DNA of 64,000 nt from Xylographa opegraphella (lineage: Eukaryota), in the NCBI GenBank assembly GCA_022813865.1, contig JALDZX010000033.1, positions 1 through 64,000 on the forward strand. Direction: 5' to 3'. Below the pieces are notes generated by a model that worked only from the letters and a program-made list of their open reading frames with translations, made no database searches and was not told the origin of the DNA. Shown here in pieces: positions 58,945 to 64,000 of the stretch. The number at the start of each line of letters is the position of its first letter. The first letter of the stretch is position 1. Both the position numbers and the translations under genes were made by a program.

Positions 58945-61371
58945 ATGCTCGCTGGACTACCAATGGCGCCACATGCTCTATTCGACGTAACTTCTGTGCT
59001 CAAGCAAAGCAACGACGGCAGATCAGATCATCGTCCATCTCCAACGCCATTGCTCAATTCGTCCCTGCCGTTGAATGGACCATCATCATCTCGATCGTCC
59101 CACCACAGCGTTACCAGCCACGGTAGCAGCCGAAGCTCTCTTTACTTGAGTCCACCCGTGACTGACTCGGAAACCGAAGATGCACCCTACAAACCGAAAG
59201 CTGATGATAACAATAGCCTCAACATGCATGTGAAATGGAAGAGAAGAAAGAAAGCCATGCATCACCGCAAAGACCAACCGGCTGCACTTGAACACGCGGA
59301 TCAGCCCTTCGAACAGCTGGCATTCGCCATAAATAACCCTCGTCGAAGCTCAGCGATAAGATCCTCCAGGTCATACAGTAGTCTCAGTGATACTTCAGGC
59401 TGCTACGGGCCTATGGAAATTGGTCAGAATACCACACCGAACGTAACCGTCCGCTCGAACTCTGAAAATTGTGGCAAGACCGACAATTTTATATCTATTG
59501 ACAAGCTGAATGGTAGGTTATTAACGAATGCTCATGAGCGAAACACAGATAATTCTCAAGAGCGTCGTACAGTGAGAACAGAGCGGTTGCGCCCTGGCAC
59601 AGCATCTGACTCGATAAGGCGCTGGAGTATTGTCGCGGACGGCGTGATCCTAAGTCCCTCAGCAGCAACAGCCTGTGCTGCAGACGTGAATGGGAACAAT
59701 TCGTTCCCATGGGCTCATGTAACTGTCGACGACTCTGCTAGGAAAAAGGATAAAAACACAATGGCCTCAGTTGTGGACAATGACGCTTATTGGAAGAATA
59801 ACAGCAGGCATATCAGCACGAGTGCTTTCACTGCGGAAACACCAGCGACAATTACCTTGAGGAAAGCAAGCAATGTTTATCATCACGAAAATTCCAGACG
59901 TCTATCTCAGAGCGAAAAGGTACGCCGATCTAAGCGGCGTACAGTGAAAGATGGTAAGCCAATGGGCTTCCTTCCGGGCGAACGCCCAGCTCGCGCCCCT
60001 CAGGCAGACAGTACGATAGCCTCGACTCACGATAATGAACAAAATGAAGTGTTCGCTGTGTCGCTAGTTTCTCCGAGATCTTGTACGCTACTTTCAACGT
60101 CGACCAGCTCTTCTGACCAACTCACGCTGCGCAGACGGACAGTCGCAGCGGACCCAGCTTTAACCTTTGCAGAAGTTCACACAACGCCGGAGGTTTTCTC
60201 TCGCGGTAGATCTTCTCGTAAGCATTCGCAGCTGGCGATTGACACCATGCGTAGATCAAGCACAGTCATGATATGGTCCGGAAGCAGCATACATGAGATC
60301 ATCTGGGACAAAGACGACTCTCCCAGCAGCTCCAGTAGTAGGCGAAGCTTATCTCAGATGGGAAGTGGAAGCAGTTCGGAAAGAAGGTCCCCTGACGGGA
60401 GTCCTCGGAAGACCAGCATGGATCACAATCGCTTTCAGAATCTTGACTTTTCGAAGCCAGCTTCCAGAGATGCAGAAGTCAGCACCAATCCCAGCGGAGC
60501 CAAGGAATTCCAAGAAGTAGCCGATCGATCATGGACTCGTGAAGAGCCAGCTGGAAATCCAGAGGACGTGATCGAAAGGACAGCAATTGAGGAGGGTCTA
60601 CATAACGAGACGCTTTCCTGTACGGCATCAAAACGGGATGGGCGGTGGTCCAAATCCTGGAGAGCGAACATCAGCAACTCCATGCAAGGTGTAGAGTCAT
60701 TCCCACCATTGCTTGAACGAGGTTCAACATATGAATGGCGGAAATTTCCACCTGTGGACATTGACGACCCAGCTGCTGGCCAAAACGTTCAGTCAGCATC
60801 AAAGACGAGCATCATAGGCAACACCAACCCAGGAACCACCAACGAGGTCCAAGAAAGACAAACATCCCCTTCATCAAGCAAACCAAGCAGTACCGCACAC
60901 CACGGAACCTGGACCCACGGCCACCTCGGCACCGCTCTCGGCACCAGCAGCCACCACCGCCGTCCATCCATCGGCCCCCACCAACAAGGGCCCTACAGCT
61001 CCCTCATCGACCTCTCCAAGTCCGTCTCCCGCCGCGCCTCGCAAATCACGCACAGCCTGTCCGACAAGGCCATTGACTGGGCAGCCGACCACCACGCGCC
61101 TCCTCCCCACCGACGCACAAGTAAAAGCAAAAGCGCAGACTCCCTCTCCGATGCCTTGGTGCCCGACAACAAGGAATCATCTACGCGGAGCATTCTCCAG
61201 GCCTCACACGCTGCGCAGCGCCTCGTGCCAGCGTGGCACAAGAGCAATGGCGGGCTGTGGATCAACACGGCGAGCGCACGGCCTGAATCACGGGCGCTGC
61301 GCGCCGCGGGGCTGTCGGAGGTTGCGGAAGATGAGGTCGAGGATGGGGCGGAGAGGGAGCTTGGCACATAG
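58945..61371 (+). CDS. Ser/Arg-rich low-complexity hypothetical protein
   Basis: 808-aa uninterrupted ORF, mostly disordered-looking, with short motif-like islands (SIHEIIWDKDD, GVESFPPL). Confidence 0.75.
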   Translation: MLAGLPMAPHALFDVTSVLKQSNDGRSDHRPSPTPLLNSSLPLNGPSSSRSSHHSVTSHGSSRSSLYLSPPVTDSETEDAPYKPKADDNNSLNMHVKWKRRKKAMHHRKDQPAALEHADQPFEQLAFAINNPRRSSAIRSSRSYSSLSDTSGCYGPMEIGQNTTPNVTVRSNSENCGKTDNFISIDKLNGRLLTNAHERNTDNSQERRTVRTERLRPGTASDSIRRWSIVADGVILSPSAATACAADVNGNNSFPWAHVTVDDSARKKDKNTMASVVDNDAYWKNNSRHISTSAFTAETPATITLRKASNVYHHENSRRLSQSEKVRRSKRRTVKDGKPMGFLPGERPARAPQADSTIASTHDNEQNEVFAVSLVSPRSCTLLSTSTSSSDQLTLRRRTVAADPALTFAEVHTTPEVFSRGRSSRKHSQLAIDTMRRSSTVMIWSGSSIHEIIWDKDDSPSSSSSRRSLSQMGSGSSSERRSPDGSPRKTSMDHNRFQNLDFSKPASRDAEVSTNPSGAKEFQEVADRSWTREEPAGNPEDVIERTAIEEGLHNETLSCTASKRDGRWSKSWRANISNSMQGVESFPPLLERGSTYEWRKFPPVDIDDPAAGQNVQSASKTSIIGNTNPGTTNEVQERQTSPSSSKPSSTAHHGTWTHGHLGTALGTSSHHRRPSIGPHQQGPYSSLIDLSKSVSRRASQITHSLSDKAIDWAADHHAPPPHRRTSKSKSADSLSDALVPDNKESSTRSILQASHAAQRLVPAWHKSNGGLWINTASARPESRALRAAGLSEVAEDEVEDGAERELGT

Positions 61372-61956
61372 ACGTGGTTAAGGGGACTTGTAGATATTCG
61401 CTGGGAAGCGCGGCCGGTTAGAGATGGGCAAACGCTTCGCTGTGACTAGGGGCGTGTGTTCTATCGTAGTATTCCTAGAGGCTGGCAACGACTGACACCA
61501 GTTGTATCTCTCGACCTGTGACGTGGCATGATTGAGACGGTTGTGAGTGGCCGATTATGGGCTCTCGGGTGAAGCTCGGTTCAGAATCTGAGAGCTTCGT
61601 GGTGTACTCTAGCGTAACCCTAATCTCTCGGAGAGTGACGTACGGATGCTGATCCACTGATCGGCCCGATACTATCAATTTATCCGGATGGCTGGGACTA
61701 GCACTGACGGCGGAGCACCCGGGTGGTGGCGTAGCCTTGATAGCGGCTCGGCTCGTTGGCAGCTACCACATTTGGACGTCCTCCGTCATTACGAGCGGAT
61801 ATTGCTTTCTATAATCTACATCTGGGCGAGCGGCCAGGTGAATAACCATTTTTCTAATAGTTACCATATTTCATTTATACATTATACTGGATAGCTATGA
61901 TGCTATCTTATCCAAGGTGTTTTGCGATGTATGTTGTTTTTACTTCCAACTTTTGA

Positions 61957-64000
61957 TCACGAGGCGAACTCAATCGCCCGCCTTTTCTCTGGCGCGGTTG
62001 TCCCCGTGTAGTTTCCACTCTGTGTCGTGAAGTCGCCAACTTGAGTCAGGCTTGAGATTCTGCCAAGCAAGAACTCCAACATCCTGTAGCCCGCGCCTGG
62101 TGTGTACTGGGGTACTTCTGCACGGCAAATCAGCATTGGGAGAGGGGACTGGCGTATTTTTAAAAAAGCTTACCATGTCCGGCGAGATTTACGGTGCAAA
62201 ATGTGAACCCTCTCTCGGTGTGCGTCGTGCCCTGAATACCTGCTCCGGCATCGTTGTTGAACGGAATGAGCGCCGCATCCCCCTCATCCACTTCGTTCGC
62301 ATCTTCACTGAGCTGGGGATGATAAGGCACGTAAAAAGGATCACCGGGTGCGGTCTGGAAACCTTGCTTGCCATTCCACGTCATGTTTTGGATGGTGGCC
62401 AGCGAGCCATTGGCGAAGAGTAAGAAGTCCTTGAGCCCGTGGCCCATAAGGACATTATTGGTCCGCTCAATTACACTAGGGAGAGGTCCAAGACCACTTG
62501 GGACCGATTGATCACCCTTGGGGAAGAGATTCGGGCCGCCGCCGCAGATTGAGAAATCTGTTGGAGGTGCGTGGATGACCCTTAAAACAGAGCTTGTAGT
62601 CAGCATTGAGCCTTGAAGATTATCATGAGTGCATCCACCAGTCTTCATCAGTGTACAATGGGTTTTATGCTCCGAAGTGTGACTCAAGCCTCAATGGCTG
62701 TAGCACTCAAAGAGGTAGTCTTAAGAGTTAACTCACTTTTGAACGTCGCTGCGGTTGAAGTAATTATTGGGCCCGCCAGCGTAGGATGGGAATCCTATTC
62801 CACTTTAGATAAACGTTTTCGTTAGAGCTTTGAGAGATATACCTAGCTCATCCCATAAGTACGGACAGAAGTCCAAAATGTGGTAAACATTATAACAAGG
62901 ATTCACGTAGGCTGCAGCAGTAGTGAAGTCATCGAAGACGTCGCACCCGTTTCCGAATGCTTGCGGAGCGGTAGGTAGCTTTCCCTTTGGGGGGAAAATG
63001 AGAGCGTCCTCCATGAACTTGGTGAATCCACAGGAGTCGGCCTTTTGGTTGAGAAATGCCAAGTACGTCGCATTGAGATTGAGAATGTTGTTGGCTTGGT
63101 TGACGGCCATCATAGCCGGAGCTACAAGTTTTATTAGCACCGTTTTGGGATCATCGACCACTTCAATAGCCAAGGAGCTCACCTTCCAGCATCGTCTCGT
63201 CGTAGTTGACGCTAGGGTCATTGATTTGGATCCCCTTGACATTGTAGTACTCGGTATTTTTGGCATCAAGCATAGCGCTCGCTATGTAGGGAATCTATCC
63301 ATGGGGTTAGCTCGATTCCGAATCAGTCAGATGGTTGCCGGATCGTGGCTCACGTATTGACCCGCATAGCTCTCGCCAGTAAGATAAACATCTCGACCAT
63401 TGAGTGAAAAGGTTTCCATGAAGTTCTTCCAGAACCCCATGAAGTCTTTCGCAACATCTTCCTCGTTGTTGACGGTGATGTTGCCGGGCGAGAAGCCTGT
63501 TGATACTGGCTGATCGATATAGATCTAAGCAAGTCAGCTTGGTCTACGGGTTTAGAGTCGTAAGATCATGCCATATTGGTGAGGTTCGTCCAGGAATATG
63601 GCGATTTCACTGGGCGAAAAGTACCAGACTGCCATTGGAAGGGGCCGTTTTCCTGGAAAAGACCGTCTAAAGATGAACAGCCGGGCCCACCATTAAGCCA
63701 GATGGTGATCTCGTTCGATGCTGCCGGATTCTCCGAAGGGAAGAACCAAAACCACAATCTATTATGGTTGTTCGCGTTTGAGTCAATCGACAGCGTTCCG
63801 GCATATGATTCACCAATGTCGAAGTTGACCTCAGGCAGGGCACTCCCGTTGACCGCGAATGCTTGATCGGTCTTAGTAGGCTTGGTCCACAAAAGAGTAG
63901 CAGCAGAGTACTTACAAGCTGTCTTGCTCGTGAGGTAGACGGAGTCCTTCACCATCCGAGGGGCTGTGCTTGTGTGGATAACCTGCTGCTTCTTCGGGGC
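61957..64000 (-). CDS. serine carboxypeptidase, family S10 (5' end outside window)
   Basis: Motifs [21 protein letters not shown], catalytic [20 protein letters not shown] and VNLAGH|EVPQY. Many introns. The frame is open to the window end and the stop is at 61957-61959. Confidence 0.93.

Overview
This is gene-dense eukaryotic DNA from a filamentous ascomycete (Pezizomycotina; inferred from GT-AG introns with CTRAC branch sites and from the gene set). I can support about 25 spliced protein-coding loci. Most are housekeeping genes: TYR1, RPL13, YggS/PROSC, a RING-H2 E3, a DEAH helicase, an ABC1 kinase, cytochrome c heme lyase, YIP1, UBC6, SAM50, a Trf4/5-like polymerase and an S10 carboxypeptidase cut by the window end. 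Points worth a second look: (i) a box C/D snoRNA resembling snR13/U15 inside TYR1 intron 1, apparently within its own nested intron; (ii) a head-to-head pair of a large AAA+ ATPase (with an apparent 1-nt frameshift) and a NACHT-like protein lacking Walker A, a candidate two-gene immune/allorecognition module; (iii) a MYND-finger pseudogene; (iv) an unannotated-looking protein with a CENP-P/Ctf19-like C-terminus; (v) a short AT-rich hairpin element. Exon boundaries were read by eye, and family calls come from remembered motifs, not from database searches.
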